DNA of 56,947 bases, counting the filler, from Platydemus manokwari (taxonomy: Eukaryota): NCBI GenBank assembly GCA_037951405.1. It is 5 parts of 5 records of this genome, joined end to end, with 100 filler letters (N's around TTAATTAATTAA, not from the genome) between each part and the next. Parts side by side here need not be neighbours in the genome. Positions count along the whole stretch, not along the records: positions 35,970 to 48,030 come from JBBMOY010322225.1; positions 48,131 to 56,947 come from JBBMOY011344761.1; 3 more parts are not named here. The stretch is one strand, 5' to 3'. The position numbers and the translations under genes are program-made. Each line of letters begins with the position of its first letter. Within the stretch, counting starts at the first letter, position 1. This document shows positions 39,354-51,952 of the stretch, in pieces. Below the pieces are notes generated by a model. It was not told the DNA's origin, searched no databases, and saw only the letters and a list, made by a program, of their open reading frames with translations.

Positions 39354-42300
39354 ATGGTCTGATATTTTTTAAATTATCAATTTTTAAATATCATCTTTGA
39401 AATTTTTTCAATGGTTTCTTTTACATATATTTTAGAGAGAAGTCATTTGCATAAATATTGGTCAGGCTGGTGTTCAGATGTCGAATGCTGCTTGGGAATT
39501 ATTTTGTGTCGAGCATGGAATTGAAGCAAACGGAAAGTTAAAATTAAACTTAGTTGATGACGATAGCACTGCATTTAAAACATTTTTTGAAGAATTGCCA
39601 GATAAAAATCAATTTGTTCCCAGAACTATTTCAGTAGATTTGGAACCAACAGTACTTGGTATTTTGGATCTATTTTTTGCTTTGCCTTTAATGATTTGGT
39701 TTTATTTAATCACATATTTTTTTGTTCTAATATATTCATACAAGGTTCTTCTTGAATAATTACATTAATACAGAATTTCATTAAAATATCAATAATGTAG
39801 ACTCTCTAAGGTCTAACAAATTATTTTTTTCTGATTTTTTAAATGTGGTAATGTTCGTATTTTAATTCGAATGATTGTGAGTTCTTAATTTCGCAACAAA
39901 AATTATTATTGTTATTATTCTTCAATTTTCACACCGTTAGTTACTTAGTTATTTATAAATTTAACAGAATGACGCTAACGCAAAATCTCTAAATAAGTGG
40001 ATCATTTTGTACTGCTTAGTTGACTTAATTTTTTGAAGTAATTGCAACTAATCAATCGAAAAAAATGAGAATTTCTTGATTCCACATAAAGTTAAATAAT
40101 AACAAACCGGATTTTTAACTAAAAATCTCTGGCCCCAACTTTTAACATAAATAAATTAAAATTTTTAAAAGATTGTTTAAGCTTTAAAATTTTAACTAAA
40201 TACAAACATATGAGTAGCTTCAAGAGATGTCTTGAAAATTATTTTATTTACCATTTCTAGATGATTCTATTAGATATTGTATAAAATATAGAACAGTAAA
40301 ATTGTTCTACAACAACTTGAAATTAATGATATTTATAATTTTAATTATTAAGAGTTTAGAAAACTTAATATTGATATATTATGTTTGGTGTAATTCATTT
40401 TTAAACTAAGCATTATAATACTTGAATATATTTTCAGAGAAAATTTGGTGTTCGGTGATCAGTTTCATCAATTACATTTTAGGTTTTGGGGTTTTTTAAA
40501 ATATGGATTCTTATAATCCCTCAAAAACCATTCGTTATTATGAATTATTTATCGATAATTTAAGTTGGCTATTTTTGCATCAATTTTTTGTAATTTTTAA
40601 CTTAATATATAAAGCTCATCAAAATTTATTTGTTTTTAAATTTTAAAATTTAAACTAGTGTTTCAATAGTTTGCATAATGATAGAAATGTTGGTATTATT
40701 TTAACAGATAATCAAAAGATGAATTTAAACAACTCTGTAATTTACTGTTAAGCTTTGTTATGTTATCTTTGAGAATCTTTATTTTACATTATGATAGGGC
40801 AACTAAAAATTCACAATTCCAAGAAGATTCGTTTTGATAAACTTTAATTGATGAAGAACGAAACAACTTGTTGAACATAAAATAAGTCATGATAAAATAT
40901 GCGATCATCGCTTAGGTGGGAAGCCGCTAAATTCATAACATGTACGTAAAAAAGCAAGAATGACCGATAAATAATGATCAAACAATAATCGATATTTCAA
41001 ATTTACTAATATTGGTTTAAATTTTCGCAAAGTTAGTTTGAAAATTTAAATGAGTTGATTGAATTTCATCAAAGAACAAGCGTCATAACTGTTATTATTT
41101 TTATGTTTTCGCCTCAATTGCCATTTATAATGGAGTTTTCATGTCATTGCACGTCTTCACCATGTTTTTCTACTGTATTTTTATGAGAGTTAATTGTTGT
41201 TTGTTGAGAATTTGTTAGTTTATTGTATTGTTTATTAAATAAAATTCAAATTCTTACAACGTCTATTATATCAAAACCAAAATTGATATTCTTAAATTTG
41301 TTAATTGGTAAATGTTTATATATCACGAATTGTTAATTATAATTTTAGAGAAATTAAGTTTTTCGGTTGGGTTCAATTCTCAATAAATATTTAAGTTCAT
41401 CTAAATGATGTAAAAGTCTGATGGGGATATTTCTTTTGGGGAATCAGTTGTACCATTTTTTTTGAAAAATACCGATTTTTGAATCATCATTCATATTATA
41501 ATGTTTATATAATTTTAAAAAGCTATTTTCTCAAAACTTGACATTTTTCACTGTTATCCATACGGACCTAACTATGACGTAATCGAGTCTTATCACAGTT
41601 TTTATATCAATAACTACCTCAGTCAATCCAGGTTTAAATGTTGGAATGAATGATTATATATATAATGTAAAATTGAAAACCCGTTTTGAAAATCCTTCGC
41701 CATACACTGCGTATTTAAATTAATTAATTACATTAATTACATTTAAATTAATTACATTGATTTTAATTTTTTATGTGGGTATAGAATAATATTTTGTATA
41801 ACATTTTTAAAAACTTATTTAAAATTGTTTGAATATAAAATTCGGTATTACTAAATTTAACAATTTTTGTTAATATTTTATATTAATTGTTAGCCGCTAT
41901 TATTTTAAAAGACACATTAAAAAATAACTGAAAAGCCAAGACACCAAAAATAAATTTATAATTTATTACAAATATTTATAAAAGTAAATTTGCGTAAATA
42001 TGATTTCATATAAAATCAGAATTAAATTTGAATTATAAATTTAATTAATTTAAAATAATTAAAATTAATTAAATACTATTATAGATGAAATTCGAAAAGG
42101 ACCTTACCGTTGTCTTTTCCACCCAGATCATTTAATATCGGCTCTCGAAGACGGAGCTAACAATTTTGCAAGAGGATTATTTACAATAGGAAAAACTAAA
42201 TTACCGATAGTGAGAGAAGTTTTACGAAAAGCTGTCGAAAATTGTGACATGCTTCAAGGGTTTTTTATGTTGCATAGTTGTGGTGGAGGTACGGGATCCG

Positions 42301-43316
42301 GGTTTTCTACCTTAATGTTAGAAAATTTATCTCTCGATTATGCTAAAAGAACTAAATTTCAAATGCATACATTTCTTAGCCCAATTATGTGCAGTTCTGT
42401 TGTCGAACCCTACAACACCATCTTATCTTGTTCGAAATCCATGGCAAGTAGTGAAATGACTAATGTAATGGACAATGAAGCGATGTATGAAATTTGCAAC
42501 ATCAATCTCGAAATACCCAGGCCGACGTTTTCCCATTTAAATCGTTTAATTGCTAGATTATTTAGTGATTTAACGGTTTCTCTTAGATTTGAAAGTTCTT
42601 TAAACTCAGATCTTGATCAATTATGTACAAATCTAATTCCATTTCCAAGAATTCACTATCCGATATCATCGTATTCTCCGGTTAATTCTCAAAACCGAGC
42701 AGTGCATGAGCTATGGACCACAAGTCAGTTGACAAGAGACGTATTTGAATCTACCAATCGAATGGCCACATGTGATCCAGGTAAAGCTCGGTATATGTGT
42801 TGCGTACTGCAATACAGAGGTGATGTATCCCATCAAGAAATAAATGCTGCTATTATGGAAATAAAAAAACGGAGAGATGTACGATTTGTTTCTTGGTCCC
42901 CTACGGGTTTTAAAATAGGAGTAAACTGTCAACCACCTGCTACAATTTCCGGAATAATCGCTCCTAGTACAAGATCTACGACAATGTTATCTAATACAAC
43001 TGCTGCCAAAGATTGTTTTGGTGAATGTGAAAAGAAATTCGATTTATTATTTTCTAAAAGATCTTTTGTTCATTGGTATGTAGGCGAAGGTATGGAAGAA
43101 GGAGAATTTAACGAAGCTAGAGATGAAATCGATTCTTTAGTCAAAGATTATGAAGAAATTGAATTAGCAGAAATAGAATTGGACGAAGAAGAAGAATTAC
43201 TTGATGAAGCAAATGAAGATGCTGCTAAAGCGGGTGGTCAAAATGATGACCAAACGGGTATCAATGGAGAAATTGACGAAAACCCAAAAGAATCTAGTCC
43301 ACCCCCAGAAGATTGA
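39354..43316 (+). CDS. Divergent alpha-tubulin, 485 aa; exons 39354-39356 (ATG only, position uncertain), 39436-39658, 42085-43316
   Basis: M|[14 protein letters not shown]...VDLEPTVL|[14 protein letters not shown]...GGGTGSG...[15 protein letters not shown]. Introns fall after codon 1 and at c.226 (phase 1, D76), the positions known from vertebrate alpha-tubulin genes. There are no internal stops. Confidence 0.95.
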
Positions 43317-43949
43317 TTAATAGTCTATCTAATAAAAATATTTCTTTATTCAACGCTGTTGAAAGAGAGAATTATTAGCATTTTAATCTGAAAATATTTT
43401 GTTTAAGACAAATAATTCATGTCTAATATTTGTTTATAAAAACATTAAATGATAATTTTGGCAATTAGAAGAAAATAAATCATTTTATACTTTACAATTC
43501 TTCGATTTTTTTATTAAAATAGTGATATACGTAAATTTTACTAGAATATTTCTAATTTATGATAATTTTAATGATTGTCAGTTTAACTTAATCGTTCGTT
43601 AGATAATTTATTTAATTTTAATTTCACTTAATTATGCTTATACTATAAGTCTGAATAAATTATTTGAATAGCTCACAATGATTTTGATATTTATAAATAA
43701 TTATTCTACAATGATTGTTAGATCATTTTTAAAAATATTGCTACATTTATAATCTATAAGCTAAAACTATAATCACCACTTTCTGATCTTAAAGAATAAA
43801 CACTTTAAGAATAGGAATGGTTACCCTAAGGAGGATCACACAAAAGTTGATGATCATGAAAACTGCCAATCGTTCACATTAGTCGCTCTATTTGCACGTT
43901 GAGTTGTGTTTGTTTCCACTGTATTTAATAACTTTACTTTTATTTTGTA

Positions 43950-45030
43950 GAACAATTTGAAAACTTGGCTATGTATTTAATTGGTAGATTTTCTTCCATC
44001 TCCTAAATCACTAATGTATTTCGACTTTCGCGGTATTTTGTTGGTATAAACCTACTGTTGAGTGAGATGAAATTCTGCAAAAAGAAAAACGGATTTGCAC
44101 CTTGGAGCCCTTGTTTTAACACTTTAAACATCTGTATTCCCATAGCAATTAGTCAATCACAGTAGATTTAGATGGTTAGCGACAATTGGAAAAAGGGACA
44201 TAGCCACACAACAACACACACATAGGGATTAACCAAATGCAAAAACTTAAAAGTCCAATAGGAACACGGAAAAACAAAGATCGAATAAAAATGTGATACA
44301 ACATGACACAAAAAACACAGATCTCGAATATAAATATCGATGTAAAGATGGCCAACTGCCAGTTGGAAGCCACGTTTTGTTTATATTTTGTAAAGTATCT
44401 GAGGTGTAAGTCGTACTTAGCATTACGCTTTCGAAATACAGTTTCATCCTTCTATTTTTGAAGTCAGAGGTTAATTAATTGTTAGTAGGATCCAACATTA
44501 CTAAAATTGTAATATAATTGTAATATAAGAGTATTGGTTTGACGGCTTCTTTTTAGTTACTGGTACATGTGTCTATTGCGTATTTATGTCTACCATTTTA
44601 AGACTGTTTCAATGGTTTTAATCAGGATTTTTAATCCAATTTGCGTCACATTCCATGGTATTAAAATAGTTTAGATTTAAAAGCACATGCTGGGTATCTG
44701 AGAAAAAACATTTATTTCTAGTGATTATTGATGTATATTGTTGTAATTATGTTCATTAGTTTTGAACTGATTGTACTTATAATTCTGCTATTTATATATT
44801 CATTTATATGGCAGTGAAATAAAATAATAATAAAGGTAACTTTTAACCAGAAGATATTGATTTCAGTTATTCTGAATTTGAAGATTTGTCAATTCGTCAG
44901 CCAGGTTTTATACCGAAACCACTAGAAGGATCTAAAAGACTTAGCCTTTGATATATGCCAATATATGCTATTAATATCATAGATATAGGGAAGGGTATTC
45001 TACCTCTAAAACAATTAATTATCTAAATTC
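43950..45030 (-). pseudogene. Decayed LRR-LRRCT-transmembrane gene remnant
   Basis: ELTNLQIQNN and ITTIYINN (LRR-like), NTMECDANWIK...DTCTS (LRRCT-like), then hydrophobic AIFTSIFIFEICVFCVMLYHIFI, with many stops and frameshifts. Confidence 0.35.
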
Positions 45031-45930
45031 CATCGTTATATTTCTTATTTATCGAGTAGTCACTAATTTCCAGGTCGTTAGCACTTGTAATTCCTGAAGA
45101 TAAAGCGATCCACGAGGTTTGTGTAGGTTGAGTAGGCCGGTAGCTTTAATAGAGACACGTGATGTTCTTCAAGCTAAAGTCGAATTAACTGTGCTGCATG
45201 AGGTCTGGCAATGTCATGCTGAATGACCATTTCCAAAGCAGATAGTCTTGTTTGAAAGTTTAAAATCAAATTCTGAAGGAATTGTAGGTATCTCTCAGCG
45301 TTCATGGATCCATCGTCGTGAAGAATTTCGAAATTTTGCATAGTTGCCAGCCAACAATAATCAAAAATTTGCAATCAGATATTGTCGGCCTAGCAAAAGT
45401 TAGACGATCACCTGTGCCATTCACACAAACACTGTTGCATTCTTTTGAAGATACGTCTCGTAGGTAAATTCATTTTTCATCGATCACAATCATCTTTTCT
45501 TTAGCCCTTCTTGCCGAATAAACATTCAACATTTATCGACAGAAAATGATTCTGATTCTCTTTTTATTATCCCTTGGAATGTGGGGAACCTATCCGCTGC
45601 AAAGTTCTTGTTTCAATATGTGGCATATAGTCATTTCTTTAATATCAGTGAAAAAAAGTGACAGCTTCAGTGGCAATTTTCTTTAATAATGATACGCACA
45701 ATAATGAAATTCTCTTCTGCAGTGCTCGATCTTAGTCTTCCTGAACTTTCTTTTCGCTCAAAAAGTGTTCGTTCGTCTCCTACAAACTCTTTTGATAATC
45801 TCCTGCACTCTCCGAAGGCTGAAGACGTTCTCTGCTCCACAACTTTCGACAAGAAAGGGATGGATTTTGGTAGCCTAAAAGCTGTTCCGTTTTAAAGTTG
45901 CAACAAAGAAATTTATGTCGCATTGCTTTG
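45030..45930 (-). mobile_element. Tc1/mariner transposase remnant
   Basis: HTH region ending SGRLRS, IVIDEK (first catalytic D, cf. GDEKW), SMNAERYLQFL, HDIARPH (cf. HDNARPH) and a decayed PYS-x-L motif near 45130. TIRs were not recognised. Confidence 0.85.
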
Positions 45931-46249
45931 CCTTCATCTTTCAGGCTAAATCGTATAGGCAACTCTAATCGATTGATTTAGATTTAAATTTTTTAAGCTA
46001 AATCATTTAACCAACTCTTATCGATTTCTTTAAATTTAAATCTTGAACTTTCCAGTCTTGTTAATGATCTACCTTAGAAAATTTACCTAAGAAAGATCTA
46101 CTTAGAAAATTTTAAATTTGACCTTCAGATATTTGACATTTCGTATAGATTGACTCTGAAGTCGGTATTATTGATTACACAATTTGCAATGATATTGATT
46201 ATTTGATTGTGGCTAAATAATACATGTGAGTTCGACGTCTTGGACATAG

Positions 46250-47600
46250 GAAAGATGTGCGTTCGAGAATCAGTTAGGTAGAGGTATTTTTGCAGACCAT
46301 TTCATTCATGAATTTGTTGTTGAGTGTTGGCAAGGTGTCAGTTTTGGCCTTATGAATAAATTGAAATTTTGCAACTGTGAGTTTGCTAATCGCATCACAA
46401 ATGCTATTGCACCGCCTGATTCTTATTTGTTTATTCCATTATACTTTGCACGATTGCATAAATCACCTTCTTAGTAGCTTCGGAATTTCTTTGATCCTTT
46501 TCAGTTCCACTTTTGCCGATTTTTCTTATGAGATATCGTTTGAGTATATTTTCTCGGATATGGTTGATTGGCAGAATTAGTGAAATGCTGTTAATGTGAT
46601 GACATCATGTTTGCTGGTAAGCAGGTATTAAGCATGCATAATTGATTGTATCGTGTGGTCTTCTGACATATTTCGTAGACCATAACCAGCGTTGATTTTT
46701 GATGCATAAAGATAGTTGTTGTTGCTGCAGTATTTGGGTACTCAGTATCTTTAGGATCATTACATCAATTTCCAGCAGTTTAGTATACGTTATGTAGTAG
46801 ATTCTCAGGAAGGTCATTTTGATGTGTACGAAAAACTCAAAGGCCCTCAACTTTTGCCACGGTAGTAGAATCGAATTGGTCAACTTCTTCATGATATTCT
46901 ACATGTCACTGAAATGACTATACATTGAATTGTATAACTTTACGGAAAAGTTAAGACCGATGTATGTGTCGAGTTTATTCAAGTCGTTTAATGGGATCGT
47001 TTGTTTGCTGATATATAGATTGTCTGATACGGAACCTTTCAGATTGTGAAGGCAACCGTATTTCGTTGGTTTGAACTTGAAGCTCACTGGGCTTGCTAGT
47101 TCGTAAGCGTCACTGATCATGGATTGTAATCTGCGGTTTTCTCAGACCACCGCGAGGTCATCGGTATAAGTAAGACAGATGATTTTATTGCTCGCAAATA
47201 TCAGTCATCCAATTCTGTTGTGTTCCAGTATAACCAAAATTGAGTTTATTACAATGCTAAATTGTAACATTGAGATTGAGCACCATTGCCGGACTCCGAG
47301 CTTCATTTCAATTAAAACTGTAGCAGATTGGAGCTTGGATCTGCATATAGTAAGTTCTTGTACCTAATATTGTTTATTTCTGGTGATGTTGGGTCCTTCG
47401 TTTGTAGTACATGATTAATTGACTTTTCGTTGATTTTCTTGAAAGAGAATTTTGGACCTATCTTTGTTAGTTTCATCAGCTCACAGGAATGGTGGCAAGG
47501 CTTGTTACTTTATTTTTGACATTATGGAGTCGTAGTAGTATAGGTTGTTTCTTTTCATAGTGTTTTCCCGATCTGATTTCGTAGGGTAGGAGTTTGCATT
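46250..47600 (-). mobile_element. Non-LTR retrotransposon remnant, R2 superfamily (RLE type)
   Basis: RT motifs GVRQWCSISMLQFSIVI, CLTYTDDLAVV, FKFKPTKYGCL and TYIGLNF, followed by SILLPWQKL (typical of R2/NeSL/Utopia-like elements) and a decayed CCHC/endonuclease region. Confidence 0.78.
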
Positions 47601-48030
47601 TGTTGATTTGGTTATTATTTCAAATATTACTGAGGGCGCATTATTGAAAAAGTTTCGTAGTCTCTTGCCTGTTTGTCCCTCTCCTAACTATTTACCGCTC
47701 CTCCCAAGAAGAGTTGTCCTTGCAACTTAATTACAGTTGTTTATTAGAAACTCGCAAATAATTTTGTAGGCTTCATTTATATACCTTGTTTTTGTATTGG
47801 AATGAGTATCTTTATTAATTCGTTCGCTCCGTAATTAATTTTGCATCGTGTCAGAATTTTTTTTCTTCAGCGTCTTTAAAGACGTTAGGGAGTCAAACAG
47901 TTACAATTATATGTATTAGCTTCATTCCCTGGAGGGCAAGAATTACACTGAAGTGCACTCACTGTGCAATGTGCATATGAGAATACGTGCAAAGAAATCG
48001 TCTCTATTTTAAGCTGGTTAGCAACTAAGC

Positions 48031-48130
48031 NNNNNNNNNNNNNNNNNNNNNNNNNNNNNNNNNNNNNNNNNNNNTTAATTAATTAANNNNNNNNNNNNNN
48101 NNNNNNNNNNNNNNNNNNNNNNNNNNNNNN
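48031..48130. other. Assembly spacer
   Basis: N44-TTAATTAATTAA-N44. Confidence 0.98.
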
Positions 48131-48535
48131 ACAACTTAGTAATATGTCAATAGTCAAGATTATGTTACTATCTACAACTTACCATTTTATCAATATATGC
48201 ACTATAAATATTGATATTTTATTATATTTAATGAGGTCTAACTACTAATAAAGAAAAATGTGTTTATTTATTATTTAGTTATTGTAGTTATGAATTTTGT
48301 TGGTATTTATGCTGTTATCGAATTATTTTATGCACCATTTACTTGATCTTTATATTTTTTAAAGATGAATTAGGAGTTAATTAATAACTCTTAATAACGA
48401 ATTATTATTCTAGGCTTAATAAATGTAAATGAAATTTGATATTATCTTATTTTCATATATAAATCATTCCAAGTATATTTTTTTGAATATTTTTGAGTAT
48501 TTTTATGAGTCTCTTTCATATTTTTTACAAGGAAC

Positions 48536-49396
48536 CAATGTTCCCTGTAAGCTCTGCGCGTGTGGGTGCACACAAAGAAAACATGTGCGCACAGTTGTAA
48601 AATGTCTGCGTACACTAAGGGAAAACGTCAGCACACAAAAGTTTCTTACTGAGAACAAAGTACTGGCACAATGTCAAAAACTTTGTTTAAATATCGGTTT
48701 TGAGAATGGGATTTTTATTTCTTTTGCAAGGAAAAAATGAAATACAAGATTGGATGACATTTGATGTGACAAAGTCGTAATCAGATTGCGAATTTGAGTT
48801 TGGAAATAACGAAATCTCTTCTTTGTGTAAGAAATATTCAGTTTTTCAGATGTGCAACGTGCTTATAAAAGTGAAGAATATTCTAATTTGGCAAAGTTGT
48901 TGGACATTGCTGGGACATTTATTGCATCAAATGCAAGCTTTGAAAGAGGATTTAGTTTAATGAATTAAATTAAAATCAAGCAAAGAAATATAATGGGTGA
49001 TGCACATATGGACAAGATTGTAAGAATTAAGAGCTATATTAAAATGAATGCTGTGGTTAGTTTAGATTGTGTACGAAACATGGATACAGGCAAAATACAG
49101 AAGAGAGAAGAATTAGAATGTTTGTACACAATTGACATAAACAAAAAGTACAATGTACAATTTATTTGCTTTAAGTAATTGTTTTATTATAGCTCATAGT
49201 ATAATCTTCAGCAGTTTATTGTATTCCTACTATCAGTCTAGTAAAAAAAATAAAGAGTCGAAAAAATGAATAAATTGTTTTCTTGTCTTATGTTCATTCT
49301 TGTACGCACAGTGCAAACGATAAATTTCAATTTGTCATATTTTGCACAGCACTAAATATTGTGCACAGGGACTTGCAAAAATCAGAGTGAACATTG
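48536..49396 (+). mobile_element. Internally deleted hAT DNA transposon (861 bp)
   Basis: TIRs CAATGTTCCCT / AGTGAACATTG (10/11 match), GCACA/TGTGC-rich subterminal repeats, and a C-terminal dimerisation remnant YSNLAKLLDIAGTFIASNASFERGFSLMN*IKIKQRN. The flanks CAAGGAAC / TAGGAGAC are only a degenerate TSD. Confidence 0.88.
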
Positions 49397-49509
49397 TAGG
49401 AGACCATCTATTATGTGCAAGAATTATTTCAGTTATTTTGTAAATGAACCCAAGTAAACTTTTTGTTATTAATTTTACTTTCCTGCGTGGCTGTACCTAA
49501 CGATTTTGT

Positions 49510-49940
49510 ATCCAAATTTTAATCAAATTTATTCAGTTTCTTATTAATACCATCTCCCATCCAGGGATTGTAAAAGTTGTGCCTGGGCCATGTCCGATAA
49601 TCAAATATTTTTATGCATATGAATCTACACAATTGTTACTTAACGCACTTTCAATTATGTTTTATTTCTGTAATTTTGTAATTCTCTTCTATTCATTTAT
49701 CTATTGTGATTGATTTATACCTAATTTCTATTTGGGTTACCATGCATTTATTTCTGAGAAGCTAGATAGTTAAGATAAATTAAAACTCATCTAATATCTA
49801 ACAGTATATCAATTGATTCGTTTATAAATTGCATAGTTATAATTGGAACTTAAATTCATCAACCAAATAGAATCATAACAATTCCCTGTTAATCTATTTC
49901 ATTCATTTACTGGTGCACTGAGTATTTTTGATAATAAATG
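49510..49940 (+). pseudogene. Decayed LRR gene 5' remnant
   Basis: GPCP (LRRNT-like), then YHAFISEKLDS*DKLKL, SISIDSFINC and NQIE...PVNLFHSF, spaced like extracellular LRR units across frameshifts. Confidence 0.35.
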
Positions 49941-50450
49941 TTTTTGTTATTTTTGTTGTTTTTTTATATTGTAGATTTCAAAAATAAATATTTATTGAAT
50001 GAAATTACCTTCTTGTTGAAAGTCTCAAGTGAAGCTGCGAAAGTCGAAATCTTATGACATTTAAATAAAATATTAAAAGAATTTGTTGAAAATAAAGCAA
50101 AACTATTTAAAGAAGTCGAAAAATAAAATACTAAAAATTATTATTTTGAAGAAACCTCGCAACTGTCGGGATTATTGTGAACAAGAGTTGTAAAGTCTCG
50201 ATTTGGAAAAGTTTGGAAAGAAAATTTTGTACAATGTGATCATCTCAGATTTGAAGAGTAATGCTACTATTTTTGAATTTAGATGAGTTGTGACAAATAT
50301 TTTGGATGCGATTAAAGAAAAAATTAACGGAAAAGTTTTTGATTTTCGTATCACAGATTTTAGAGGAAATTTTTAAAATTAAAACTAGATTTGTTTTCGA
50401 AAAATATTGATATTAGACTTCAGATTCCAGGAGAAATCAGTACACTACAG

Positions 50451-50572
50451 CAGGGTGGCCAACCGGTCGAGCGCAATCGACTGGTCGATCTAGAAGCCAA
50501 TTTTAGTCCATCGCGTGAGATGTTATTCAAATGAAAAGTCGATCTTACGTACACAAAAATTGACCACCTCTG
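50451..50572. mobile_element. hAT (Charlie-like) MITE, 122 bp
   Basis: TIRs CAGGGTGGCCAA / TTGACCACCTCTG, 8-bp TSD CACTACAG / CACTGCAG (7/8 match) and internal GTCGA repeats. Confidence 0.85.
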
Positions 50573-51952
50573 CACTGCAGTATTTAAATCCGTTTTTGAA
50601 CGATGACGATTACACAAAAATAAAAGTAAATTAAATATAAATATAAATAAGCCTACATAAAAATTTAAAATAAAAATACAACTAGCACAAGTAATTAGAT
50701 TAAATGCGTCGCCAACATTCATACTGGTGCCAACGAATAAAATAGCTTGGATATAACCCAGTGCAAAATTCAGCAGACCATAACAATCAAGACTTTACCA
50801 TACATTTACATAGACCAATTCAATTTCATAATTACTAAATTTCAATTCACGTAGACAACAAAGAAGTACCATATTTTTGCACAAAACGTTTCTTTGACAC
50901 CAAAATGGCATCACTAAAAATTGAGAAGGATAACTTTTAACGATGATCGAATCACTTCTCACAAACGTTTGAGCATTGAACGATATCGTAGTTTTGCATA
51001 TCAATTATGTATTTTGCATTTATTCCTCTAATACCAGTTAATTTATTGATGCCAACTTGTTTAGTGTGACGGATTTCTATTTAATCGACATTGTTTATCT
51101 ACTTTTATTTTTTATAATTATTCTATTTATTTCATTATTTCATAAACATTGATTTATAATATTAATTATAAATATTGTTTTTATTCATAATAAATATTGC
51201 AACGAAAATATTACTATATTGTGACAATTTTCATTTATCAGAATACCATCATAAGTACATATTACACCACCTGGATAAGTTAAAATCTCGTTATTCAATT
51301 TCAAATTCTTAATAATCACAAAAAAGAATCTCAGCAATCTTGCTAACAATTTTAACAGTTCAAATTTCAAACATATAGTATCATTAAATAAACGGAATTA
51401 AGCGATTTATTGTCGCACGTTTCCCAAGTATATAAAGATAACATATTGCATTTCAATGTTTTCATTAAGCTTTCTCAGATTAGGCAAAATAAATACCAAA
51501 ACAATTCAAACAATATTTTATCATATACCCCCAAAAGTTCAAGACACACCACCACCCAGTTCAGAATATTAACCAATAGCGCAGGAATATAATAATTGTC
51601 ATTTTATTAGAGAATTATTCAATAATTACATATGCTAAAATGTACTATTTTTCGTCCTACGCGTATTTCAATAAGATTACTAAACAATCGTCAGCACCTA
51701 CTTACACGCATTTTAAGTTAGATATCGCTTACTTAATAATATACACAACGTGGGATAAGCCACGCAACATTTAACGAATTACATCGTACAAAATTTACCG
51801 TAATCCCAAAGTTATTCTAAATCCTATGAACGAAAAACAGTAAATAATTACAAAACATATTAATAACAATGTATTGTATTTGTATTGTTATCATCAAAAT
51901 ATAAACAGTTTTTAACTACTATAAACAATTTGGACAGAATATTTTCATATGA

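Noticed and set aside
39411-39435. Alternative tubulin start ATG with a 22-nt first intron
   Set aside because: Much shorter than any other intron seen here. The ATG at 39354 with a 79-nt intron is preferred, but this is unresolved without cDNA.
41569-41578. TAACTATGAC in the tubulin intron, complementary to 10 nt of the snoRNA guide
   Set aside because: A 10-nt AT-rich match is plausible by chance, and the guide already has a conserved rRNA target.
51545-51595. YIPALLVNILNWV resembling Cys-loop receptor M1
   Set aside because: No M2 or Cys-loop motif nearby, and a stop follows within a few codons.
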